This document shows, piece after piece, positions 38,619-48,308 of a DNA stretch of 64,000 nucleotides. The DNA lies in NCBI GenBank assembly GCA_046726375.1, contig JBKPAJ010000045.1:52-64051 (forward strand). The letters are read 5' to 3'. How positions within the stretch are numbered: position 1 is the stretch's first letter; every line of letters starts with the position of its first letter. The position numbers were made by a program, and so were the translations under genes. Under the pieces are notes generated by a model, which had not been told where the DNA came from, searched no databases, and saw only the letters and a list, made by a program, of their open reading frames with translations. The DNA is from Acidobacteriota bacterium. GTDB taxonomy: Bacteria; Acidobacteriota; Vicinamibacteria; Vicinamibacterales; UBA2999.

Positions 38619-39382
38619 GCCCGCTCGAGCGCGCGAAGGATGTCGCCGGTGATCTGGCCGACGTCGCGCACGCCTGTCAGCTTCGCGAACGCCTCATCGA
38701 GCGTCGACGTTCCCGTGGCGGCAGCGATTTCACCCGGCGTACCCGTCGCAATCTGGCGCCCTTTGTCGATGATGAGAAGACGGGTGCAGACCCGCTCGAC
38801 CACTTCGAGAATGTGCGAGCAAAACAGGATCGCGCAACCCTGGGCCGCGAGGGTGCGCAGCAATTCTTTGACCACTCTCGCGGCGTTCGCGTCGAGACCG
38901 TCGAGCGGTTCGTCGAGGATCAGCACCTGCGGCCGGTGAATCAGGGCGGCCGCAAGCACCACCTTTTGCTTCATGCCCTTCGAGAATCCGTTCAGCCGGA
39001 GATGGCGTGAGTCGCCCAGCCCGAGCAAATCGAGCAGCTCCTCGCGCCGGGGCGCAGTCGCGACCGGATCGAGATGGTGAAGACACGAGATCATCTCGAG
39101 GAATTCCGCGGCGGTGAGCGCTTCGTAGAGCACAGGCTGCTCCGGCACGTAGCCCAGTCGCTTCTTGGCTTCGAGCGGTTGTTCGACAATGTCGAACCCG
39201 GCCACACGTGCGCGTCCCGCCGTCGGGCGAATGAGGCCGGTGAGGATCTTGACGGTCGTTGATTTGCCGGCGCCGTTCGGGCCCAAGAAGCCGAGGATTT
39301 CGCCGGGCTCGACGCGAAGATTCAGCTCGATGACCGCCCACTTGGAATCGTAGGCGCGCGACAGCATCTCGGTTTCGATCAT
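38615..39382 (-). CDS. ABC transporter ATP-binding protein
   Basis: Walker A is GPNGAGKST, the signature is FSKGMKQKV, and Walker B is LILDEP. Confidence 0.9.
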   Translation of the reverse strand: MIETEMLSRAYDSKWAVIELNLRVEPGEILGFLGPNGAGKSTTVKILTGLIRPTAGRARVAGFDIVEQPLEAKKRLGYVPEQPVLYEALTAAEFLEMISCLHHLDPVATAPRREELLDLLGLGDSRHLRLNGFSKGMKQKVVLAAALIHRPQVLILDEPLDGLDANAARVVKELLRTLAAQGCAILFCSHILEVVERVCTRLLIIDKGRQIATGTPGEIAAATGTSTLDEAFAKLTGVRDVGQITGDILRALERA

Positions 39383-39476
39383 GCGTGCGTCAGATACGCG
39401 ATGGCCAGCCGCGCGAGCTCGTCAGGAACGTGTTCCCATGATAGTGCGGCCTTGCCGAATGACATAAAGTCGAAGC

Positions 39477-40808
39477 ATGGCGCAACTGCGCGGCGTTCGT
39501 GTCGTGGTCGTGGGTGGCGGGTTGTCGGGTCTCGCGGCGGCTCGCGAGTTGTCGCGCGAAGGCGCCGACGTTCATGTCATCGAAGCGCGCGAGCGGCTCG
39601 GCGGGCGCGTGTGGACGCTACGCGAGGACGACTTCTCGCCTGAGCCCGTGGAGCTTGGCGGCGAATTCATCGATGGCAGCCATTCCGCTATTCGAGATCT
39701 TGCGCGCGAGCTGGGACTGGAGCTCACGCGCGTGATCCGAGAGGGCTTCGCTCTCGCCCTCGACGTGGACGGGCGTCTACGGATCCACACCACGCTGCAG
39801 CCAATCTGGCGCGGTTTCCAAAGGACACTCGAGGACGCTGCACAAGCCGTTGAGGAAAGCCAACGCAACTGGCAGTCGTCCGTGGCGGCGGCGTTGGGAC
39901 GACGATCCTTGGACGACCTGCTCCGCGCACGGCGGGCATCGGCCGATGTCCGCGCTCTCGCCGCGGCGCTGCGCGGGTTCTTCGTCGCCGATTCGGATGC
40001 GTTGTCCGCCCTGGTTGGCGTGGAACTGACGATGGAAGAGACCGATCCCGGTCACGTGCCGCTTTTCCGCGTCAGAGGAGGCAACGACCTGCTCGTCAAC
40101 GCGTTGACCCGCACCAGGAATGTCCGCTATTCGCTGAGGCGTGCGGTAAAGCGCGTGCAGCAGAGCGCCACTGACGTGACGCTGTCCATCGTCGAGTCCG
40201 ACGGCCGCGTCGCCACCATGCGCGCCGATTATCTCGTCGTGACCGTGCCGCCAACGGTGCTGCGTACCTGGACGTTCTCACCGGCGATGCCGGCCGCTCA
40301 GCGTGGCGCGTTCGAAGCGCTGTCGTATGGACTGGCAACCAAAGCGCTCTTGCGATTCGAGCGGCGCTGGTGGCGGCGCTCCGGCCGGCCACGTGCGTTT
40401 GGCACGAATTTACCGGTCGGCGCCGTCTGGGAAGCCACAGAAGCGGGCAACGGGCCGGCAGTTCTCACGCTTCTTGCAGGTGGACGCGCCAGCGACGAAC
40501 TGCAGGAGATACTCGAGGGCGGCGGCGGCGACGCGGTGGTCGAGCGCCTTCGCTGGTTAGGCGATCCTGAACCGCTGCGCGAGATCCGCAGCGTCACCTG
40601 GGAGCGCGACCGCTGGGCGCGTGGAGGATACGCGTTTTTCGGCCCGAGCTTCGAGCCGGCATGGCGCGATCACTTGTCGCGCGCCTTCGGCCGCGTGTTC
40701 TTCGCCGGCGATCACACCAGCCGCCAGTATCAGGGCTACATGAACGGCGCGGTTGAGAGTGGCCAGCGGGTCGCGAAGGAGGTCGCCGCGATTCATACGC
40801 TGGTATAG
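39477..40808 (+). CDS. FAD-dependent amine oxidase (flavin monoamine oxidase family)
   Basis: The dinucleotide fold is VVVVGGGLSGLAAARELSREGADVHVIEARERLGGRV. The C-terminal stretch FFAGDHTS..GYMNGAVESG matches the family. Confidence 0.8.
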   Translation: MAQLRGVRVVVVGGGLSGLAAARELSREGADVHVIEARERLGGRVWTLREDDFSPEPVELGGEFIDGSHSAIRDLARELGLELTRVIREGFALALDVDGRLRIHTTLQPIWRGFQRTLEDAAQAVEESQRNWQSSVAAALGRRSLDDLLRARRASADVRALAAALRGFFVADSDALSALVGVELTMEETDPGHVPLFRVRGGNDLLVNALTRTRNVRYSLRRAVKRVQQSATDVTLSIVESDGRVATMRADYLVVTVPPTVLRTWTFSPAMPAAQRGAFEALSYGLATKALLRFERRWWRRSGRPRAFGTNLPVGAVWEATEAGNGPAVLTLLAGGRASDELQEILEGGGGDAVVERLRWLGDPEPLREIRSVTWERDRWARGGYAFFGPSFEPAWRDHLSRAFGRVFFAGDHTSRQYQGYMNGAVESGQRVAKEVAAIHTLV

Positions 40809-40811
40809 CCG

Positions 40812-40839
40812 TTGACAATATATCCATAGTGGCTATATC
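40812..40839 (+). promoter_or_regulatory. Candidate sigma70-type promoter (TTGACA-N16-TATATC) overlapping the palindrome ATATATCC-N5-GGCTATAT upstream of padR
   Basis: Read directly from the sequence. The half-sites match 7 of 8. The start codon lies about 10 nt downstream of the -10 element. Confidence 0.35.
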
Positions 40840-40849
40840 GTCGGTGGAT

Positions 40850-41209
40850 ATGGCCGCGGACGACGCCGAATCGCTGTTGCCGCTTCGGCCGGCGACGTTT
40901 CACATTCTGATGGCGCTTGCCGATGAAGATCGGCACGGCTACGCCATCATTCAGGAAATTGCGGCGCGTACCAACGACGAAATTCGGATGAGCGCCGGCA
41001 CGCTGTATCGATCCATCCAGCGCATGATCGAACAGGATCTGATCGTCGAGATCCACGAGCGCCCGGCGCCCGAATTCGACGATGAACGCCGCCGGTATTA
41101 TCGGATTACGAAGTTTGGCACCGCCGTGGCGCGCGCCGAGACGCGCCGCTTGCAGGATCTGGTGCGCCTCGCCCGCGCCAGTGGCTTCCTTCCAAGGAAC
41201 GCGTCGTGA
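40850..41209 (+). CDS. PadR-family transcriptional regulator
   Basis: The winged-helix core is FHILMALADEDRHGYAIIQEI....SAGTLYRSIQRMIEQDLI. The stop overlaps the ADOP permease start. Confidence 0.85.
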   Translation: MAADDAESLLPLRPATFHILMALADEDRHGYAIIQEIAARTNDEIRMSAGTLYRSIQRMIEQDLIVEIHERPAPEFDDERRRYYRITKFGTAVARAETRRLQDLVRLARASGFLPRNAS

Positions 41210-43800
41210 AGCTTTATCGCGCGCTCCTTTATCTCTACCCCGCCTCGTTCCGAGCCGAATACGGCCGCGAGATGGACGCGATTTTCACTCGCCGGCACAA
41301 CCACGCATCAGGCATTGCGGCGCGGCTGGCGCTGTGGGCCGAGGCCGCGCTCGACGTCCTCGGCAACGCGCCTGCGATTCATTGGGACATCCTGCGTCAG
41401 GACCTGCGGTTTTCGATGCGCACGGTTCGTCGCGCGCCGCTCTTCAGCGTGACGGTGGTGCTCGTGTCGGCGATCGGCATTGGCGCGACGACGGCCGCGT
41501 TCTCGCTCGCCGATCACGTCCTCATCCGCCCGCTGCCGTTCCCTGAATCCGAGCGCCTGGCCAAATTGTGGGAGAACCAGGCTTTTCGCGGTTACGGGCG
41601 CATGGAGGTGTCATTACCAAACTTTGTCGAGTGGAAGAAGCAGAGCTCGTCGTTCGAGAGAATGGCCGCGTATACGACCTTCGCCTCGAACCTTCTTACC
41701 TCGAGGGAGCCGGTGCGGGTCGATGGCGCCGGTATGATCGGCGATCTGTTCGGGGTGCTCGGCGTCGAGCCCGCCATCGGCCGTGGCCTTCGGGAAGAAG
41801 ACGGACAACCATCCGCTGCGCCGGTCATCGTGTTGAGCGATCCGTTGTGGCGCGCGCGCTTCAACGCCGACCCGCAGATTCTCGGCAAGACTCTGACGCT
41901 GGACGATCAGGTGTGGACGATCGTCGGCGTGATGCCGTCGTCGTTCGAATACCCCGATCGCAACACCGATTGCTGGATCGCGTTTAAATTCCCGCCCGCG
42001 ATCTACGAGCAACGCAACAACAACTTTCTGCAAGTGATCGGCAGGCTCAAGCCGGGTGTCACGGTGGAAGCGGCGCGCGCCGAGTTGACCGTCATCGTCA
42101 AGCGCCTCGCGGCGCAGTTTTCGGACATGAATCCGCAGACGGCGGCCACCGTGCTGCGTCTCCGCGACGAGCTCTCGCCGCAGACGCGGCTGATGCTCTG
42201 GGGCCTCGTGGGCGCAGCAGCCGCAGTGCTCCTCATCGCATGTGCCAATCTCGCCAATTTGTTTCTGACGCGGGCGCTGTCGCGACAACGAGAGCTCGCC
42301 GTGCGCGCGGCCCTCGGCGCCGGCCGGCACCGGCTGGTCCGCCAGATGTTTACGGAGGGAGTCCTTCTCGCTGCCGCCGGCGGTGTCGCCGGCATCGCGT
42401 TGGCTGTCGCCGCAATTCCATCCGCCGCGCGTCTGGTTCCGAACAGTTTGCCGGTCGCCGAAACTCCACCGCTGGATTGGCGGATGCTTGTCGGCGCGGC
42501 GGTGGCGACGCTGCTCACCGCCGTGGCATTCGCGCTTCTGCCCGCGCTTCGTTCGGGCCGCGACGCCGACGGCGCGGCGCTGCGCGAAGGCGTGCGCACC
42601 GGTGCGAGCCGCCGGACAGAGCGGCTTCGTTCTGCGCTGGTGGTCGCCGAAGTCACGGCGTCGGTCGCGCTCCTCATCTGCTCCGTTCTGCTCGTGCGCG
42701 CGCTCGTGAAGGTGAGCGAAACGGATCCGGGATTCCGCGCGGACGGCGTGCTGACGATGCGCACGGCCTTGCCGACACGCAAGTACGCGGCGACCGGGCT
42801 GCGTATGCAGTTCTACAATCGCGTGCTTTCCGAGATCCGCGCGCTGCCCGGCGTGACCGGCGCCAGTTACATCAGCTTCCTGCCGATGGTGATGCGCGGC
42901 GGCATTTGGCCGGTGGCCGTCGACGGACAACCAGAGGATCCGACAACCAAGAACACGGTCAGCCTGCGGCAAGTCACGCCCGGATTCTTCTCCGCCATGG
43001 GCATCCCCGTGTTGCGCGGTCGCGACGTGGGTGAAACGGACACGTCCAACACGCCACTCGTCGTCGTTGTCAGTGAGTCGTTCGTCCGTCGGCATTGGCC
43101 CTCTGTCGATCCGATCGGCCGTCGGGTGTTTGTCGGGTTTAACGACCGGACGGTCGTCGGTGTGGTTGGAGATATCCGCGTGCGCGGTCTCGAGCGCGAC
43201 AGCGAGCCGCAAGTGTACATCGCCGCGGCGCAATTGCCGGACGGCGCAATGGTGTTCTACGCGCCCAAGGACTTAGTGGTTCGCAGCTCCGTGCCGCCGG
43301 CATCGCTGACGGAGTCGATCCGCACGATCGTGTCGCGCGCGGATCCGCAACAGCCGATTTCCGCGATCCGCACGCTGAGCGACATCGTGGACGGCGAAAC
43401 CGCACCGCGCCGCGTCCAGGTGCGCGTGCTCACGACGTTCGCCGTCATCGCGTTCGTTCTGGCCTGCATCGGCTTGCACGGCGTGCTTGCCTTCTCGGTC
43501 TCGGCGCGTGCGCGTGAGATCGGCGTGCGCATCGCGCTCGGTGCGGAGCGGAGGACGATTCTTGCGATGGTCCTTCGCCGCGGATTCGTCCTTGGCCTCG
43601 CCGGCGTTGCGCTTGGCGGAATCCTGTCCGCGGCGGCTGGGCGAGGCATGCAAGCGCTGCTCGCGGGAATCAGCCCGACCGATGTCGCGACCTTCACGGC
43701 AACGGGGCTCGTCTCGCTGCTGATGGTCGCAGCGGGCAGTCTGCTGCCGGCGCTGCGCGCCGCGCGCGTCGATCCAATTACGGTCATTCGATCGGAATGA
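41206..43800 (+). CDS. ADOP-family ABC permease (duplicated MacB/FtsX-like, 864 aa)
   Basis: The N-terminus LYRALLYLYPASFRAEYGREM is characteristic of the family. Two MacB_PCD + FtsX modules are present. The PadR gene upstream is the usual pairing for this family. Confidence 0.85.
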   Translation: MKLYRALLYLYPASFRAEYGREMDAIFTRRHNHASGIAARLALWAEAALDVLGNAPAIHWDILRQDLRFSMRTVRRAPLFSVTVVLVSAIGIGATTAAFSLADHVLIRPLPFPESERLAKLWENQAFRGYGRMEVSLPNFVEWKKQSSSFERMAAYTTFASNLLTSREPVRVDGAGMIGDLFGVLGVEPAIGRGLREEDGQPSAAPVIVLSDPLWRARFNADPQILGKTLTLDDQVWTIVGVMPSSFEYPDRNTDCWIAFKFPPAIYEQRNNNFLQVIGRLKPGVTVEAARAELTVIVKRLAAQFSDMNPQTAATVLRLRDELSPQTRLMLWGLVGAAAAVLLIACANLANLFLTRALSRQRELAVRAALGAGRHRLVRQMFTEGVLLAAAGGVAGIALAVAAIPSAARLVPNSLPVAETPPLDWRMLVGAAVATLLTAVAFALLPALRSGRDADGAALREGVRTGASRRTERLRSALVVAEVTASVALLICSVLLVRALVKVSETDPGFRADGVLTMRTALPTRKYAATGLRMQFYNRVLSEIRALPGVTGASYISFLPMVMRGGIWPVAVDGQPEDPTTKNTVSLRQVTPGFFSAMGIPVLRGRDVGETDTSNTPLVVVVSESFVRRHWPSVDPIGRRVFVGFNDRTVVGVVGDIRVRGLERDSEPQVYIAAAQLPDGAMVFYAPKDLVVRSSVPPASLTESIRTIVSRADPQQPISAIRTLSDIVDGETAPRRVQVRVLTTFAVIAFVLACIGLHGVLAFSVSARAREIGVRIALGAERRTILAMVLRRGFVLGLAGVALGGILSAAAGRGMQALLAGISPTDVATFTATGLVSLLMVAAGSLLPALRAARVDPITVIRSE

Positions 43801-45727
43801 CGGCGATTCGATAGACCGCAACCGGCCAAAAAGGCTCGGCAGTGACCAGCGAGACGCGATTGAAGCCGTCGATCCACACGTCCCTCGGCACGGAGAAGAC
43901 GGCGGACGTGGGTTGCTCCGGCGCCGCGACAAAACTTCCAACGGCGCGATTGTTGACGAGCACCGTAATCGATGCGCGAACCTCCGGCGACGTCAGACGC
44001 GATCGGGCGTCGAGGGTGAGTCGCACGGCATGGTTCGAAGGAAGCCGTAACGGCAGCGTGAGCGTCGCGGGAGAGCTCCCCGTCCACCACGCGCTGCCGG
44101 TCGTGTCGCCGGTGGGCGACCCCCACCCATCGAGGAGAAACCGTCCCGCACGCCCTTCCATCTTCAGATCGACCGCCGGCTGCAGCGGCTCGACCCCAAG
44201 CAGATCGTAGCGATCAATCGGCAGTCCCGTTTGCCACGCAAAGACGGCATTGGCCGGAAATGCAAAGGGATAAAAATACGGTGGCCGCGTGTATACCTCC
44301 GCTTGCTGACGCGTCATCTCGGCAAAGCTCACCGCGCGATCGCGCGGCAGCATTCCGGCGCGATACTGCTCCATGAGCAGGTAATTCCAAGCAATTCCGA
44401 CGAGTGCCAGGATCGCGATCGCCGTGGTCGGCCGCGCCAGCAACGCTTGCGTGATCAAGGCGAGGCCCGGCGCGAGCACGACCAGGCAGCTCACGAAACG
44501 CCGGCCGCCGAATGACCAGCCCGATCCGAGATCGGGTGTTGCGCCGTTGATCCACGCGGCGGTAAACACGATCAGCACGGCCGCCACAGCCCACCACCAG
44601 CGGCGTCGGGCGTAGGCGATCGTGCCGAACAGCGCGAGATAGGCGACCGGCGTCCACGAGAAGAAGCCGTGCCAGGACGACCACAGTGTTTCCATCCACC
44701 TCGATTGCAACGGTGACAGAAACCCCTCTTCTCCTCCGACCAGTACGAGCTGCTCGCGGCTGAACAGGACGGCCGAGTGTGCGAGCTGCAACGCAAGCAA
44801 CGGGGCAAAGCCGATGAAGCCCCACAACGCGTAGCGCCCCGCTACCTTGAGACGCGCGGCCACCGCTTGCGGCAACGCCAGCACCTGCATCGCGGGAAGC
44901 AGGACAAAAACCGCTTCTTGCGGGCGCGTGATAAACGCGAGCCCAAGCAAAAAGCCGATCCACGCGAGCTGCCCGGCAGTTGCGTGCCTTAGATCACATT
45001 GCGTGGCGGCGGCGACAAAGAGCGCAACGAAACCAAAGGATGCGGCGTGCGTCATCGACGGCTCGTAGACCATGTACCAGAACAACGAGGTGCCGCCGAA
45101 TACGAGCAGCGTCGCGGCCAGAGCGGCGCGCCGACCGAACTCGCGGCGAAGAAGGCCGTGCACGACGAGAACGCCAACCGCGCCAATTACAAACGACGAA
45201 ACCAGAGCGGCGCGCACATATGACGTGGTCAACCCGATCGCCACGGGATCGGCTGGCGCGGGCCACCAGCCCGCGCTCCTTCCGATCGCGTCAGCGACAG
45301 CGACGATGAGATAGAGTGGCAACCACACGGGAACGGGTCCAATCGGAACGATATGGGCAGGCCGGGGCGGCTGTTGCAGGTACAGGAATTCGCGCGTGAC
45401 ATCGAGATCGCGATCGAAGATGACGCTGCGCAACTGCGTAAAGTAGATGACACCGTCAGTGGTTACTCCGTGTGCGTCCTCGATCTGTACGGCAAGCGCA
45501 AACAGGAGCACGAGCCAGACAAGGTGATAGTCCGCCGTGCGAAGCAGGAAAGTCCGCCACAGCTCCCGGCGCTCGGCGGCGAGCAGCCAGGAGCCAGCGG
45601 CAAGAAGAGGCGTGGCTGTGGCGAAAACGAGCCACGTGCTGGGTCGCGGCGGAAGCTGCAGCAACCAGCCGGCCCAGGCAACAACCAACGCGGCAAGAAG
45701 CAGCCCTCGACGGCTTCGGATCGACAT
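43784..45727 (-). CDS. Multi-pass membrane protein, possibly a GT-C-fold (ArnT/PMT-like) glycosyltransferase
   Basis: At least 10 hydrophobic helices, with an early loop YFTQLRSVIFDRDLDVTREF reminiscent of GT-C DxD-type loops, and a beta-rich C-terminal domain. The start at 45727 was chosen to avoid overlap with the divergent methyltransferase gene. Confidence 0.35.
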   Translation of the reverse strand: MSIRSRRGLLLAALVVAWAGWLLQLPPRPSTWLVFATATPLLAAGSWLLAAERRELWRTFLLRTADYHLVWLVLLFALAVQIEDAHGVTTDGVIYFTQLRSVIFDRDLDVTREFLYLQQPPRPAHIVPIGPVPVWLPLYLIVAVADAIGRSAGWWPAPADPVAIGLTTSYVRAALVSSFVIGAVGVLVVHGLLRREFGRRAALAATLLVFGGTSLFWYMVYEPSMTHAASFGFVALFVAAATQCDLRHATAGQLAWIGFLLGLAFITRPQEAVFVLLPAMQVLALPQAVAARLKVAGRYALWGFIGFAPLLALQLAHSAVLFSREQLVLVGGEEGFLSPLQSRWMETLWSSWHGFFSWTPVAYLALFGTIAYARRRWWWAVAAVLIVFTAAWINGATPDLGSGWSFGGRRFVSCLVVLAPGLALITQALLARPTTAIAILALVGIAWNYLLMEQYRAGMLPRDRAVSFAEMTRQQAEVYTRPPYFYPFAFPANAVFAWQTGLPIDRYDLLGVEPLQPAVDLKMEGRAGRFLLDGWGSPTGDTTGSAWWTGSSPATLTLPLRLPSNHAVRLTLDARSRLTSPEVRASITVLVNNRAVGSFVAAPEQPTSAVFSVPRDVWIDGFNRVSLVTAEPFWPVAVYRIAVIPIE

Positions 45728-45771
45728 CAACACGGACGCGTCATCGTATGTTCGTTGGTCGAGGCCACGTG

Positions 45772-46602
45772 ATGCAAGACGTGTCCGCACTCGCCACCGG
45801 TCTCACGGAGAATGAGGATGGCATCTGGCAGGCGCGCAGGTTGTCGCCAATTGATTACCCCGACGAGGCCAACGCGTTCTGCTTCGGCATGGAAGACGGC
45901 TCGTTCTGGTTTCAACATCGCAACGCCATGATCGTGGACGCCGTGCGCCGGTTTCCACCGGCGGGGTTCATCGCGGATATCGGGGCGGGCAACGGTTACG
46001 TGTCGCTCGGCCTTCGCCGCGCTGGATTCGAGACGCTCGTCCTCGAGCCGGGACCGCACGGGATCGCCAATGCGCGCGCGCGCGGCCTTGGTCCGCTGAT
46101 CCGCGCCACGTTGCACGATGCGGGATTTCTACCCGGTTCTCTTCCGGCAGCTGGTCTCTTCGACGTACTCGAACACATCAACGACGACAGCGGCGTGCTT
46201 GCGCTCCTCTACACGCTCATCACGCCCGGGGGCCGCGCGTATCTCACCGTGCCGGCCTTCGAGTCGCTCTGGTCGAGCGAAGATGAACTCGCCGGACACC
46301 ACAGGCGCTACACGATCCGAAGCTTGGGCGCTCGCCTGACGAATGCCGGCTTCGTGACCGAATTTGCCACGTACTTCTTTGCTCCCTTGCCGCTGCCGGT
46401 ATTTCTATTTCGCTCGATACCCTCGCGCCTCGGCTTCCGCAAAACGCTCGAGGCGGACCAGATCTCAGCGGAGTTGCACCCGCGCGAGAACCTTGCCGTC
46501 ACGGCGATCCGCACCATCCTGTCAGCCGAGCGCGCGTTCGTCAGTCGCGGGTTGCACATTCCCTTCGGCTCGAGCTGTCTCGTTGTCGCCCGTCGTGGAT
46601 AA
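45772..46602 (+). CDS. Class I SAM-dependent methyltransferase
   Basis: Motif I is IADIGAGNGYVSLGLRRAGF, and FDVLEHINDD is present. The ATG at 45772 was chosen over the 45472 start. Confidence 0.75.
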   Translation: MQDVSALATGLTENEDGIWQARRLSPIDYPDEANAFCFGMEDGSFWFQHRNAMIVDAVRRFPPAGFIADIGAGNGYVSLGLRRAGFETLVLEPGPHGIANARARGLGPLIRATLHDAGFLPGSLPAAGLFDVLEHINDDSGVLALLYTLITPGGRAYLTVPAFESLWSSEDELAGHHRRYTIRSLGARLTNAGFVTEFATYFFAPLPLPVFLFRSIPSRLGFRKTLEADQISAELHPRENLAVTAIRTILSAERAFVSRGLHIPFGSSCLVVARRG

Positions 46603-46618
46603 TCGCCAGGAGGCATTC

Positions 46619-47953
46619 GTGGCCGACGTTCCGTACCGGTTGTGGAGTGAGCTGGCTCCCGAACCCCCGCCGGCCGCGCGCACGATCGTGGCCAAGCTCA
46701 AACCAACGACGCGCGAGGGCCGGCGTGCCGCGTTCGGCACGCGCTTCGAGGCCGCTGTCGAACGGAATGACGCGGATAGCGACGAACGCGAATCACATGT
46801 TCGCCGCCTCATGGCCAACGCCCGCATCAAGACCGTAAAGCCGGTTCTTCCCGAAGAAGTGATTGCACCGCCGCTGGCGCCGCGCCGGGCACGTGGGTCA
46901 GGGCGGGCGGCGACGGCAAAGCCAGTGGTGGATCGTTCACGTGGGCTCGTGACGATCGAGGTTCCTCACGACGAGGATCCGAAGCAGATGGCGCGGCACC
47001 TCGCGGGCCTCGCCACCGAGGTCGAATACGCCTACGTACCGCGTCCGCGGCGCATGTTCGCGAAGAAAAAACCCAAGCAAGCGGACCCTTTGTTTTCGCG
47101 GCAATGGGGGCACGCTGCGGTGCACATTCTCGAGGCGCGCCGGTTGGCCTCCTTTGTCGAGGCGACCAAAGTCACGGTTGCCGTTGCCGACAGCGGCATA
47201 GACGAGGGCCACCCGGATTTGGCCGGCGTTGTCGGCGAGTACCGCACGTTTCTGAAGAACGAGGGCAAACGCGATTATGCCGGCCACGGCACGCACGTCG
47301 CCGGGATCATCGCGGCACGTCGCAACAACGGCATCGGCGTCGCGGGTCTTTGCGCAGCCAGGCTTCTGGTGCTGAAAGTGCTGCCCGGCCTGGTGGAATG
47401 GGATGCGGCGGCATATTACCGATCGCTCGCGTACTGCCTCGGGCGCGCACGCGTGCTCAATCTCAGCCTCGGCTCCGAATCGTTCGACCCCGGCGAGAGC
47501 GATGTGATGGCCGACCTCATCGCGGGCGGTGTGGTCGTGGTCGCGGCGATGGGCAATGAATACGAGGAAGGGAATCCAGTGGAGTACCCCGCGGCGCTCG
47601 AAGGTGTCTGTGCCGTCGGCGCGACCGATCACGCCGATCGACGCGGTGACTTTTCCAATACCGGCAAACACATTTCGATTTCCGCTCCCGGCGTCTCGAT
47701 CGTGTCGACGACGCCAACCTATAAGTACGCATACGGCAAAAGCGATTACGACACCTGGGATGGCACGTCCATGGCCGCACCGCACGTCGCCGCCGCGGCC
47801 GCCCTGGTGATTGCCGAGGAGCCGGATCTGAAGCCCGCGCAAGTGATCAAAAAGCTCGAGCGCAGCGCCGACAGGGTTCCGGCCATGAAGAAACGGCCCA
47901 GCACGAGCTTTGGCTGGGGACGTCTCAACATCGAAGCCGCGGTAAAGTCCTGA
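46619..47953 (+). CDS. S8 (subtilisin-family) serine peptidase with N-terminal pro-region and no obvious signal peptide
   Basis: The catalytic triad contexts are VAVADSGID (D), HGTHVAGIIAA (H) and GTSMAAPHVAAAAAL (S). A GTG at 46619 follows a CCAGGAGG RBS. Confidence 0.85.
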   Translation: MADVPYRLWSELAPEPPPAARTIVAKLKPTTREGRRAAFGTRFEAAVERNDADSDERESHVRRLMANARIKTVKPVLPEEVIAPPLAPRRARGSGRAATAKPVVDRSRGLVTIEVPHDEDPKQMARHLAGLATEVEYAYVPRPRRMFAKKKPKQADPLFSRQWGHAAVHILEARRLASFVEATKVTVAVADSGIDEGHPDLAGVVGEYRTFLKNEGKRDYAGHGTHVAGIIAARRNNGIGVAGLCAARLLVLKVLPGLVEWDAAAYYRSLAYCLGRARVLNLSLGSESFDPGESDVMADLIAGGVVVVAAMGNEYEEGNPVEYPAALEGVCAVGATDHADRRGDFSNTGKHISISAPGVSIVSTTPTYKYAYGKSDYDTWDGTSMAAPHVAAAAALVIAEEPDLKPAQVIKKLERSADRVPAMKKRPSTSFGWGRLNIEAAVKS

Positions 47954-48025
47954 GCCAGCGAGTGAAAAAAGCGACTCAAAGGACGCGTCCTGAGCGAGTC
48001 CAGTGAAAAAAGCGAGTCGAAGGAC
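47947..48025. repeat. Two tandem ~38-nt repeats (gtcctgagc..gtgaaaaaagcga.tc.aaggac), REP-like
   Basis: Unit 1 is 47947-47984 and contains the protease stop codon. Unit 2 is 47987-48025. Each unit is bounded by complementary GTCCT/AGGAC ends. Confidence 0.55.
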
Positions 48026-48037
48026 TACGATCCTGAA

Positions 48038-48286
48038 ATGGACATTACGGTCAAAGTCCGTCCGCGAGGCGGCAAAAAAGCAGCCGCTGTCGTGCGCAAT
48101 CGCTTGAAGGATGCGCATCCGAAGGCGAAGGTCGAAGAGGTGTTTCCCGGCGTTGAGACGGGACGACGCGCAGGTATGGTGGTGGTGAACGTGCCCGACG
48201 AAGACTGCGACGCCGCGCTCGCCTCGTTACGCAGTCACGACGACATCGAATATGCAGAGCCCGCGCACCCGCGCAAAGCCAGGTAG
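48038..48286 (+). CDS. Small protein resembling a subtilisin propeptide (inhibitor I9-like)
   Basis: 82 aa. The stretch GMVVVNVPDEDCDAALASLRSHDDIEYAEPAHPR parallels GLVTIEVPHDEDPKQMARHLAGLATEVEYAYVPRPR in the upstream protease's own pro-region. Confidence 0.5.
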   Translation: MDITVKVRPRGGKKAAAVVRNRLKDAHPKAKVEEVFPGVETGRRAGMVVVNVPDEDCDAALASLRSHDDIEYAEPAHPRKAR

Positions 48287-48308
48287 TGGCGCGGCTTCCG
48301 CTGTGCCA

